Positions 1-10,115 of a stretch of 20,000 nucleotides of DNA are shown here, one piece after another. The DNA is from Catajapyx aquilonaris (Eukaryota), in NCBI GenBank assembly GCA_000934665.2, contig JYFJ02001535.1, positions 56,678 to 76,677 of the forward strand. The letters are read 5' to 3'. Position numbers and translations under genes: made by a program. A model generated the notes under the pieces. The model did no database searches. It had not been told where the DNA came from and saw only the letters and a list, made by a program, of their open reading frames with translations. The first letter of the stretch is position 1. Every line of letters begins with the position of its first letter.

Positions 1-299
1 CCCACTAACTACTAATATGCAATAGGCATTGTTTATTGCATTTGTATTTGTGATTCGCTCAGTTTCTGTTCACCACCTGTACTGCATTTTGATCCTAGAT
101 TTAAGCATCCTGATAATTTCTTTCTGTACCTTTGTAGTCTTTGTACTTTGTTCTTTGTTGGCTGGCAATGTCAGCTAAAGTTGCCCAGTATTGTTTGGTA
201 TTGTTAGACATTTATTATTTTTATCTTTTAAAATTGAGAGACTGTAATAGAAATGTGAAGTTCAGTGTCTGATATTAGGTTGTCCACATGATTCATTAG

Positions 300-518
300 C
301 AGAGCCAAGTAACTTCAACCCCTGGTGCATCAGGTAGTGTAGAACCCAGCCTTATACAACAGCTGCAACAGTTGCAGCAGATCTTCCTACAGCAGCAACA
401 GCAGCAGCAGCAACAACAACAACAGCAACAGCAACCGTCTGTGCAAGGAACTCAATCACAACTGCAACTGCAAATGCAACAACTAGCCTCACAGCAATTG
501 GATCACAAATCTGAAGAG
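300..518 (+). CDS. SCAF4/SCAF8: SCAF4/8 exon, glutamine-rich (QSQVTSTPG...Q15...DHKSEE)
   Basis: Tandem acceptor TAG/CAG (297-302), 73 open codons, donor GAG|gtacgg at 519; phase 0 joins exon 714. Confidence 0.8.
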
Positions 519-3500
519 GTACGGTGCCGGAAGAAACCACTCTGAAGTGGGGAGGTTCTTTACCAAATAGCACTTATCGATTCTATAGTAATTTCTTAGC
601 TCTATAACTGTATGTTCATGTTTGTTAAATGATTACTTTTGAAGCATGGTGCAATGTATTTCATTCACTTTACACAGACTCTTGTGCACCTGTACTAATG
701 CACAATTTTCCAGGTCAAGTTCAATAAGAAGCTGCTGGAATTTGACTATGGGGAAGAAGAGGATGAAGATCACATGATGGGTGATGGTCCTTCCTCTTCA
801 TCAATTGCCAATAACTCTGGAATGGGGGGTGGGGGTGGGGGTGGAGCTGGTCAAAACCTGGATGCCCTGAACCACCTTCTGGCCAACCCGGAGATCATGC
901 AGCACCTGCACTCTCTACAGGAGCAGATGGCGCAACAGCAGCACCAGGCCAAGCAGGCTCATGAGATGGAGGAGAAGATGAGGAAGCTGCAGGAACTCAA
1001 GCAGCAGGAGGAGGAGTTTGACAAGCACCTTGCTCAAACAGTTGCTGTGAGTTTGGGGGTGGGAAGGATAACAAGATCTCCCTTCAGCTCTGTGCTGTGT
1101 GGATAATTGTTAATAGTGCAACCTTAAACTTCAGTTACTTTGCAAGTGCATGCTCAGGTGAATTTTATAGTGAATACTGTAGTATAATATTATTAGTTAC
1201 CAATGTGGTTAAATGGGAAGTCGAACTGGGGTACCAGGTGAAGAGGCTTTTTGGCTTGTATTAATTTGGAAGGGACATGTACTATATCGCTCAAAACGAT
1301 GGAGACACATTTGCATTTGTCTTCAATGGAAAATCGTCTCCCATCTTTTTGAGCGATAGAGTACCTCTCATGTTGGGTTATAGAAATTGACATGCTGGTG
1401 CTTACAAGGCCCATGTAAATTGGCTGTTCAATTTGGAGAGTAGACTTAATGGGATTTACATGGAACTTGTTGGAGCTTTAGACCCAGTCCTTCTCCCATC
1501 ATTATGCTTGTGACTGTATATTAGTATGAAATTGATCATAATAATGGACATAGGAACTTTCCAGGAGGAAACACTTCATTGACTGTTATTTTTATTAGCA
1601 TCGTGGTGTTTGAGATTTTTTCCTCTTTATTGACAGTATTAATTTAAATAAATGCCTTATGCCAGCTTGGTTGCATGAAGGAATTTGCTAAGTAGTGCTA
1701 GATTTTCTTGCTATTTTGTTTTATTTGGAGGCCTTTCAGTTTTGCTCCACTTTTGATTTGGCTTATGCTTTGTGCTGTTTTCTGGTTTTTTTTCGTGCTT
1801 GGTGACAGGCTACTCCTTTGCTGCACTCAACAGTTCTCTACCACATGAACCTGCCGGTTAAGGTACAGTGTTAAGCCATTAGTATCTGACCATAAATTAT
1901 GAAATCTTGTTGAAATTAATTCCTTGCCCAAGTTCAGTTTCATCTAATTCGCAAAATTTGTTGCAAATGCATTCACCCTCAGAATAGTACTTAGGTCACA
2001 TTGGTCAACCACGTCAGTTAACAATATTAACTTAACAGTGCCATTAAAAATTTCAGGATTGCAATGTCAGTATTGCTTCATGGCTGAATGCATTACAGCA
2101 TCCAATTTTCAATTTGGGTTAGCACATGTGAAAACAAAGGGCACCATACATGACAATCTCATACTCCATATAACTGGGACATAATATTTGACCTTGTAAA
2201 GAATACATGGGACAAGGAGGAGAAGCACGGGATGCTTTGTAATCATCTCAGATGTCTCAATTACATTCACATTAAATACCTACATACATATTGCCATGTC
2301 ATTCTAACTGTTATTTGCATGCTAGTATTTCAGTGTGAAGTGTGTAACTGATTTTTTGTCTCCCGTCCCTAGAAACTACCTTTTGCCTCAGAATGTGAGC
2401 TGAAGCCTTCAGATATCAAAGTTCCGCCGCAGCCAACTCCATTTGATCACACAGCAGACTTTGACCAACGTTCTCTAGCTTTTTCACTGCCTATGGTGGA
2501 TATGACACAGCCACCACCAGGATTTTCCCTCCATCTCCAGATGGCACAGGGAGCTCACAATGCGGATGTTTATGAGATTGATGAAGGGAGATCTATGGAC
2601 GGGGTCAATCTGGATAGAAACCGGTGAGAAAATATAATTAAAAGCCTCTTTAGTAACCTACTGGAGAGCTGCGTGTAGTTTAGACTAATGGATCAGTGGG
2701 AGATACTTTGCTTTTTAAGCGTTTACTACGAGCAGTTACTGCAGTATTTAATTTTAATTTGTACATGACAGAGATTTAAGTACAGTAAAAGTAATAATAC
2801 TTTCCAACCATTCTGGGATTTGACATCTCGCTCAAGTTAAATCACTTTGGGTCTTACATGAATGTATTTAGTAATTATGACAGTTATTTGCACTTTCCGA
2901 GCGGTCAGTTGCACTTCTCACTTCCAGGCACTTCTTTTTTGTCACTGACTACATTTGTTGGAAAAATTATCAAGATGGTTTGTGTTGTTGCATGAAAGCA
3001 GTGCTTTTGAAGCCTACTGTTCTGAAGAGGGCTAAGAATTTCTGTGATCGTGTATTCCAGGGTGCACGGTGAGCCAGAAGTGATTGAGATAAAGGAGGAC
3101 AGGAGCCGTAGCCGCAGCCGTTCCAGGAGTCGCAGCCGAAGCAGAAGTCGGCGTCATCGCCGCAGCCGTTCCAGATCTCGTGACAGGGGACGTCGCGGTG
3201 GAGGGACAAGTGGGCGCAGGTCCCGAAGCCATTCTCCTCGGTCCTCATCCCGTCGGAACTCCCGTCGTTCTCGTTCTCAAGATAAGGAGCGAGAGAGGCA
3301 AAAAGAAAAGGAGAGGGAGGAGAGGGAGAAGGAACGAGAGAAAGAAAGGGAGCGGCGCAAGCGAGGGTTGCCACCAATCAAGAAGGAGCAATTAAGTGTG
3401 TGCAGCACCACCCTGTGGGTGGGGCACTTGTCCAAGTTGGTTCACCAGGAAGAGCTGTCTGACTGCTTCGGAGAGTATGGAGACATTGTGTCCATTGATC

Positions 3501-6500
3501 TTATTCCGCCTCGAGGTTGTGCCTTCATTTGCATGAACAGGAGGCAGGATGCACACAGGGCCTTACAGAAGCTCAAGAATCACCGACTCCAAGGAAAGGC
3601 AATCACTGTAAGGAACTCTCATTCAGGAAATATCATTCATAAATATTTGAGCGCATTATTGACAATCTGAGTTTTAAAATTTAATACTGGGAGGGCATGA
3701 CATACATACTGTCAAGGAAAATTTACTTCTCTCTAAAATTCGTGACTGGTTTTCAGCTGGCCTGGGCCCCTGGTAAAGGAGTCAAAGGGAAGGACTGGAA
3801 AGACTACTGGGAAGTGGATCTTGGAGTGTCTTATATTCCATGGAGTAAACTTACCACTGAGACAGACTTGGATGCCTTTGAGGATGGAGGGATGGTTGAT
3901 GAGGAGACTGTTCCGGAATACTTGGCCAGTGAGTGCATCCTCCTTTGTAACACAGAATGATGACACTGTGTGGCAAATGAAAAAGTAGGGGAAAGGCTGC
4001 CGTCGTGGGGTAAACACAGTCCATATTCACCAGCTTGCGGTAGTAGAACATGCAGCATTCTGACAATAATTATCCTACTCTAAATTCAAGTAGAAGCTTA
4101 GGGAATTAGTACCTTGCTGCAAGTGCATCTGGGTGGGCTTTGTACTCCTTCTCATGGGAATAGAAATAATGAAGTGAGAGGTGATGTACCAGGAATTGAA
4201 TCAGAATGCAACCCTCCTTCATGTATTCACTGCGCATGGTAATACTGTTTCGGCGACGCTAACACAATGCTCTTATCATGTCATATCCTTGCAGATCGCT
4301 TGCGTCACCGTCCGGATCGCATGATGGGCCTGGACGTGAGCAGCATGATGGCTCCAGGGTTCATTCCCTTGCCGGATGCTGCCCCCCTTCCTGTTCTTCC
4401 TGCAGTCTCCCTGGCTCCCCCACCTACAGCAGGAGGTGCTGGCGACAATCACCACCAAGTCGATGTTTCCAGTGCTGCCGCTGCAGCCTCAGTACTGGCA
4501 GCTGCAGCAGTGGCAGCGGCTGGAGTCGACAGGAACCAGGGACAGATGCCCCCTGCTGGGATACCTCTTGTTCCACCTCACTTTGGACTTCCACGTGAGT
4601 TTTTGCAGTGCAAGTACTCTATAAATCCTATAAGCTGAACTATGACTCCTACTGCAGTAAAATGCACCAAAGGGCTAGAAAATAATTTAAGATCAACTCC
4701 AGGACCATTTTCAGTTATTAGGAGCATGTGAAATTGATTGTGTTGTTTGTTTTGTCAGCACCTCTGGGGCTGCCCCTTCTCGGTGTTCCTCCACCACCGG
4801 TTTCGGGACTGCTTGTCCCTCCTCCTGGAGGAACCCTGCTGAGCCAGGCTCTCATGGGTGGAGTGCCACCTCCTGTAAGCTCAGCATTTGCTGCAGGTGA
4901 GTTTTCAAGCAGGGAAAGGCCCCACCTATGTAGCAGATGTTTTTTAACATCAACTCTTGATTGTAACTGGCCGTTTATTATTTAACAGGTGCTATGACTC
5001 TTTCTGGAGGAATGCTCACGCAGGATAAGCTTGGACATGGAGCACACCTGATGCCGCCTCCATTTGCCATCCCACTCAGGCTCCCTGGTAAGTATATGAC
5101 CTGCTTTCGTAAACAGCAGAAGCAGCAACCTGAGTAGGTATGCGGTGTAAGCACCCTGAATTGAACATGCTGAGATGAAAATGCCAAGCTTAACAGAAAA
5201 ATTGGTTTCTTTTACCAACATGGAGAAGGAACCTCATGGCTGAAGAGGGTTTTCATAATCAGATAACGCATAAATAAGAGAGAGAAGCTAACATGTGAGG
5301 CTTGTGTATTGCACGAGTGAAAAGTGTAGCTAGCAGGAAAACCCTCAGCAGTTGAGGAAAGCCAAGAATTGTGAGTTGGAGCTATTTCATGGCAGTATGT
5401 TCAAGTGAAGCTTAATATTGCAGTGTACCAAGAAGGGACGGTCCTGGAAATGGACACAGTTAGTCCTTTGTTGTGGAAAGGCATCAAGGAGAGTAGGTTA
5501 CGTGGTGTGTAGTCAGGGTGGAGCAGGTGCAAATGTAGAGCTGCTTGACAGATGGGAATCTGGACCCGAATTTTATCTTTGTTGCAGGAAATGGCCCCAT
5601 GAATGAGTTGTCACATGACAGCGACGAAATGGACATAGAAATGGAGGATGCAGACAAGTCGGGCGAGTCCCAGGATGACAGGTGATGATGATGTTGGTTA
5701 AGCCGGATATGTGTCATGCCTCTTTCACTATGTATGCAAGGCATGACTGGGAAATTACACCACCCATGAGATTTTGAGATGATGCATCAATTTGTGTCAC
5801 TTGCATTTTAAATGATATGATTGTTTAAGTTCATAGTAGGTGTACTCAAATAAGAACATTGTGCAATTACTGACTGTAATTAAAGCATCCTGTGGTCTCA
5901 CTAACTTATTTGCTGTAATTGCACAACCATGCGCCTTATTAAACACCACCTCTGTTGGATTAAAAGTAATGCATGGCAGAACTCGCTTCAGGAAAAGATA
6001 CAAATCGTTTTTTCTTTTTACCATGTGCCTACTGTGTCAGAGTTACGGCGACCTGACCATAAAGGCCCCACGCCAATGTATCTCATCATCCACAATGTGC
6101 CTACTGTTATTATTTGATTTGATGTGTTAATGTTCCATGTTTTTGTAGCTTGCTTATATTGCGATTTCCAATGGATTCTGTCTTTTCAGACGCAAAGAGG
6201 ATCGAGCATCATTTTCACGTGGCTCCAATGGTCCATTGGGTTTTGACAGCAGGGATGCAGAGAAGAAGAGGGAGAGGGATTGGGAAGGAGAGTGGGATGG
6301 AGGAAGGGGAAGTAGTAGGAGTAGGGAGCGTGGAGGTGGGAGGGCATGGAGCAGAGGTGCGGGAGGTAGGGACTACCGGGAAGGGGACAGAGGGAGGAGG
6401 GAGTCTGGGGGAGGGAGCGGGGACAGAGACTGGGAGAGGGGAGAACGAGGGGCGGACAGAGGGGAAAGAGACGGGAGGGATGGAGGCAGCGAGAAGCCTG

Positions 6501-8269
6501 GGTTGCTGGAGAGGCTGAGGAATCTTGCCAATGAGAGCATTTACATGAGCAAGGAAGACATGATCAGGTAAGTCATATGCTTCGACTTGTTGTGTTTTAA
6601 TGCACTGTTGTGTGTGTGACTGAATGTGTGTGACAGTAGGCCCTAGTGTTGGAAGTGCATGAATGCTGAAGAAGGCCCATATTTTTCAGGGAGAGCAGGC
6701 CATCAAGGCATAGCAGCGAATCAATGGGAGATGCTCCTCATGCCAAGGAAGTCATGGACCGCAGGGTGTCGGATGATGTGGAACACAGGGGTGGCCCAGA
6801 TGTGGATCACAGGGGTGGTCCAGATGTGGATGGAGGCCGGTTCCCTCATAGAGGACCTCCAGGGAGTGGTGGCGGTGGACCTCCAAGCAGAATGTTTGGC
6901 CCCAGAGGTGCTCCACCTCCAGATGAGTTTGGGATAATTCCTGATGACTTTGGACCACCAGTGCCCAGGGGTGGACATCCAGACGATGACTTCCCACTGA
7001 TGGATGAGTTTGGCCCACCAGACTTTTTTGGTGGGCCACCTCGGGGGCACTTGGAGTTTGGGCCTCGAGGACCCATGGATTTGGGGCCAGATATGTTTGG
7101 ACCTCCTCCGTTGCATGCCAGAGGTGGTGGAATGATGGGTGGGAGGACTGGTAGAGGTCGAGGCTTTGGACCCCGAGGTGCAGGAGGAGGAGGGGGAATG
7201 CGAGGGATACCACCTGGGCCCATGGGACCAGTTGACGTGCCAGGGGAGTTCAATGGTTAGTGATACTCCAATCAACTGTTAAATTGTTAACATGACATGA
7301 ACAGAAAATCAATTTTGATTTGCCCGACTTGTTTTTTTATCCTGTGAATTTAAAGTGTAATTGTTCCTATTTCATTAGACACCATCTGTCATGTTGACAT
7401 TATTTGTTAGCACCACTCTTTCACACTGCCTGTTTTCAGATATTTGGTTGGAAGGACAAGGCCCAGGATTCCACGGAGGTCCTGGTTTCTCTGACAGGCC
7501 TCCCTTTGATGACATCCCACAAGAGTTTGGCGGACCCCCCGGCAGCTTCCCACCTCAGGGACCTTCCGGTTTTGGGCTGGATCACCCACCGTATGACCAT
7601 CCACGTCACTCCAGAGGGCCTCCACAACCACCACCTCATCTGCATCCGGATGAGCTGGCTGAGTGGGAGCGAGAATGGATGGAGCAGGAGTTCAGGGAAC
7701 GAGAGTTGTGGGATGAGAGAAGGTGGAGGGAGGAGGAAGATGCTGGAAGGGATGGCGAGTGGGGTCTCAGAGGCGGAAGAGAGTGGGCCAACAGGGGTCG
7801 GTGGAGCAGTGGAAGGGGAGAAGGCAGAGAAGGAAGAGACGGCAGAGAAGGTAGAGAAGGCAGAGAAGATTGGGACCGGAGGCGCCCTGCCCGGGTAGAG
7901 GAGGAGAGAAAGAGGCCAGAGAGGAAGCCATCACGGTGGGGAGATGCAGAGGATAAGAAGGACGTCAAGGACATTTCTGAGCTGAAAACTGAAGCACAAT
8001 CAGAGCCAAAGGAGGTTCCTCCCAACAACAATCAGGAAGAAAGTGCAAGTGAGCAGGCAGACCCCAAGGAAGTCGAAATCCAGCCTGAAAACGTGCCAGA
8101 GGTCAAGCCCGAGGCCAATTCTGAGGCCAATTTTGAGATGAATTCCGAAGACAAATCTGAGCTCAAGACAGAAGGAAGTGTCCCTGAATTATTAGAAGCT
8201 GAACCAGCAGTAGAACAGAGGACAGAACAGGAGGAACCGAGTGAAGCAACTGAAGCAGCCGCTGAATAA
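300..8269 (+). CDS. SCAF4/SCAF8: SR-related and CTD-associated factor 4/8 family protein (Drosophila Isha-like), 5'-partial; join(300..518,714..1046,2373..2623,3061..3607,3757..3928,4295..4594,4759..4896,4989..5087,5588..5681,6190..6567,6690..7255,7440..8269)
   Basis: Twelve exons joined by GT-AG introns with matching phases (0,0,2,0,1,1,1,1,2,2,1); 3927 nt = 1308 aa + TAA. Family motifs: FNKKLLEFDYGEE, RS repeats, RRKRGLPPIKKEQLSVCSTTLWVGHL (RRM), LAWAPGKGVKGKDWKDYWEVDLGVSYIPW. Confidence 0.93.
390..434 (+). repeat. CAG/CAA trinucleotide tract encoding Q15
   Basis: 15 consecutive CAG/CAA codons read directly. Confidence 0.95.
714..1046 (+). CDS. SCAF4/SCAF8: SCAF4/8 exon (VKFNKKLLEFDYGEEE...HLAQTVA)
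   Basis: Branch-like TACTAAT 693-699, acceptor ttttccag|, donor GCT|gtgagt; overlaps ORF 774-1106. Confidence 0.9.
1279..1364. repeat. Intronic inverted repeat (hairpin)
   Basis: Arms 1279-1306 and 1336-1364 are reverse complements at 26 of 29 aligned positions; 29-nt loop. Confidence 0.85.
1809..1862 (+). CDS. Candidate 54-nt in-frame cassette exon of SCAF4/8 (ATPLLHSTVLYHMNLPVK)
   Basis: Long T-rich tract, acceptor gacag|, donor AAG|gtacag, phase 0/0 with no stop, inside a phase-0 intron. Confidence 0.45.
2373..2623 (+). CDS. SCAF4/SCAF8: SCAF4/8 exon (KLPFASECELKP...DMTQPPPGF...LDRNR)
   Basis: Pyrimidine tract plus ctag| acceptor, open frame, donor CG|gtgaga; phase 2 fits the next exon. 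Absent from the ORF track. Confidence 0.85.
3061..3607 (+). CDS. SCAF4/SCAF8: SCAF4/8 exon: RS domain, RE/KE charged helix, most of the RRM
   Basis: Acceptor ttccag|, donor ACT|gtaagg; RNP2-like LWVGHL and RNP1-like RGCAFICM. Confidence 0.95.
3757..3928 (+). CDS. SCAF4/SCAF8: SCAF4/8 exon: RRM end and conserved extension (LAWAPGKG...EYLA)
   Basis: Acceptor tttcag|, donor A|gtgagt; family motif YWEVDLGVSYIPW...EDGGMVD. Confidence 0.95.
4295..4594 (+). CDS. SCAF4/SCAF8: SCAF4/8 exon, Pro/Ala-rich
   Basis: Acceptor cttgcag|, donor C|gtgagt, phase 1/1; same frame as ORF 4267-4638. Confidence 0.85.
4759..4896 (+). CDS. SCAF4/SCAF8: SCAF4/8 exon, Pro/Gly/Leu-rich
   Basis: Acceptor ttttgtcag|, donor CAG|gtgagt, phase 1/1. 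Confidence 0.85.
4989..5087 (+). CDS. SCAF4/SCAF8: SCAF4/8 exon (GAMTLSGG...PPPFAIPLRLP)
   Basis: Acceptor tttaacag|, donor CTG|gtaagt, 99 nt open, phase 1/1. Confidence 0.8.
5588..5681 (+). CDS. SCAF4/SCAF8: SCAF4/8 exon (NGPMNELSHDSDEMDIEMEDADK...)
   Basis: Acceptor tttgttgcag|, donor CAG|gtgatg; supplies the phase 1 to 2 change needed to reach exon 6190. Confidence 0.8.
6190..6567 (+). CDS. SCAF4/SCAF8: SCAF4/8 exon, R/G/D/E-rich, ending LLERLRNLANE...
   Basis: Acceptor cttttcag|, donor CAG|gtaagt; same frame as ORF 6236-6571. Confidence 0.88.
6690..7255 (+). CDS. SCAF4/SCAF8: SCAF4/8 exon, GP/RGG-rich low-complexity region
   Basis: Acceptor tttttcag|, donor ATG|gttagt; same frame as ORF 6724-7260. 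Confidence 0.88.
6775..6831 (+). repeat. 24-bp coding tandem repeat (DVEHRGGP-DVDHRGGP-DVD)
   Basis: GATGTGGAWCACAGGGGTGGYCCA twice plus a partial copy. Confidence 0.85.
7440..8269 (+). CDS. SCAF4/SCAF8: SCAF4/8 terminal coding exon (RKPSRWGD motif, acidic tail, TAA 8267-8269)
   Basis: Acceptor gttttcag|; same frame as ORF 7391-8269. Confidence 0.9.
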
Positions 8270-9507
8270 TTTCTTAGGCGCGTGTGAACAGTGGGTGCGA
8301 ACACAGGCAGTGCGAAAATGAGAAACACACACGAATTATGGCGATTTTTCACAAATTGCGAACAACGGCCTTGCAATCAATTTTTTTGTCAAAGTCAAAC
8401 CAAGTCTGTGATATAATCAGTCCCAACTCATACCCCACCCCTTCAGAATGCAACGTTATTTTTTATTTATTTACATACACTTAAATCTGTGATATTTTTT
8501 AAATAATGATAATAACAGCAGTCAAAACCTTTAAAAAGTATGTTTTTTGAAATTCATATCAAGTCACAGACCCATATATATCTGAGAGATTAGGTCACAG
8601 GTCACCCTTCGGAAGGTAGGTGTGCACCAGTGTGTTGGTGGTTATTGTTTTTTATTTGTTTATGCAATGCACCACTTTTTTTTTTCTTCGCTGTTGTGTA
8701 ACACTCCCCGACTCCCAACACTGGTCCTGTGTTCGTCCCAGCTGCCCACAAATCGACCAATCGCCAAGCAACAATGGCCGCGAAGGAACTCGCGCTTGCA
8801 CTCAAATAGAGTGACAAGTGCAAGGTACAGTGAATTTGATCACTTACAAAAAAAACTTGAGCTTCCCAAGCACAGGAGGGAAAAAACTGCGCCGCGAGTT
8901 GTATATACGTGAGAACAACGAGTGACTTGGCGAGACAAGACATTGCAAGGGGCAGGGGGGTGGACAATTCAAATGCAATATTGAGCTCCCATGAGATAGG
9001 TTGCATGCATTTTTCTTCTGGCAGGGGTGAGTACATGGAAATCGTGTTGTAGTAAGTGTACATATTATGCCAGAGCTTTTTTTTTTCCCCCTCCATGTAT
9101 TTTGCACATGAGCTCACACGGTAACGTCGAAGTGAAAGCACACCTAAGTAGGTGAGGTAATAATCATGGGAGACGTGTGAAGTGAAATTTTTTAAATGTT
9201 TATCTGTTCTATCCACAACTTGGCACTCCCAGGTTTACTAATGAATGAGTGCTGGTCTTTTTGCAGTGAAGTAGTGAGACACTTGACAAAATTGAGCAGT
9301 TGCTGCTTTTGATGTTATTATTTACCTCGGTGCGACACGCACATGAATGACTACTATGAACTTCTCCATAGGTAGTAATTGTTTTCCTTTGTGATCATGA
9401 CAAATGATGGAATTTCATGAGAATTCTGGCATAAAAGCTAGAGTATAGCGGAGCAATTGCTCTGCAATTGACAGTGTAGTTTGTGTAGTCATAATACGTA
9501 AATACAA

Positions 9508-9513
9508 AATAAA
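9508..9513 (+). terminator. Candidate polyadenylation signal for SCAF4/8
   Basis: First AATAAA I found downstream of the stop (about 1.24 kb); no transcript support. Confidence 0.35.
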
Positions 9514-9879
9514 ATCACTAAACAAGACATGTATTTAATTAGGGCTGAAGGTAAATGACAGTATGTGCATCGACCAGAGGTGAGCTGGTTGTGTGCACTG
9601 CATACTTGAAAACAGTCACAGTTTGTATTAGTCATGTGACGTGCAACAGTAGTGTGCTTGCACATTATTTTTCTAACTCATGCACTTGTGATTATGCAGA
9701 GTGGTAAATTCATATGTTGCAGGTAAGTGTTTTTGAGGATGTGATTTTTTATTTTTTATTTTACCCCATTGGGCAGAAGCCATTAGGGGGAATTGAGGAT
9801 GTCATGATAATGCCCTGTATTAATCCTGAGATGTATCATATGTTGGCTAAAATCAACTGCTCTTTAGGAATGATACATG

Positions 9880-10115
9880 TACTGGTGTAACAGCCACATC
9901 TTTTGAAGCAAGACCAGGGGGCTTGTACAATCATAGCAACGAGATATCAAACTTGAAGCTCAAATTAGGCTCCAAGGGAGGCAGGCCCTCCCTTTCACAT
10001 CACGAGTCATGTAGAGGTAGAATCACCTCTCATGGAGGCTACGTTGAGCTTCGGGCTTGATATCTCGCTCGTTACTATGACTGGACAGTACTTCAAGAAG
10101 TAGCTTACATCAGTA
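9880..10115. repeat. Degenerate foldback palindrome, probably an old MITE
   Basis: 9931-9981 is an imperfect reverse complement of 10026-10080, and similarity extends outward to TACTGGTGTAA / TTACATCAGTA. Confidence 0.75.

Noticed and set aside
352..8376. Minus-strand and off-frame ORFs over the SCAF exons (e.g. 352-573, 2970-3377, 6721-7275, 6846-7253, 7636-8031)
   Set aside because: Shadows of GC-rich low-complexity coding exons; no independent motifs or exon structure.
8602..9216. 204-aa minus-strand ORF
   Set aside because: Antisense to the 3' UTR, runs through T homopolymers, no recognisable domain.
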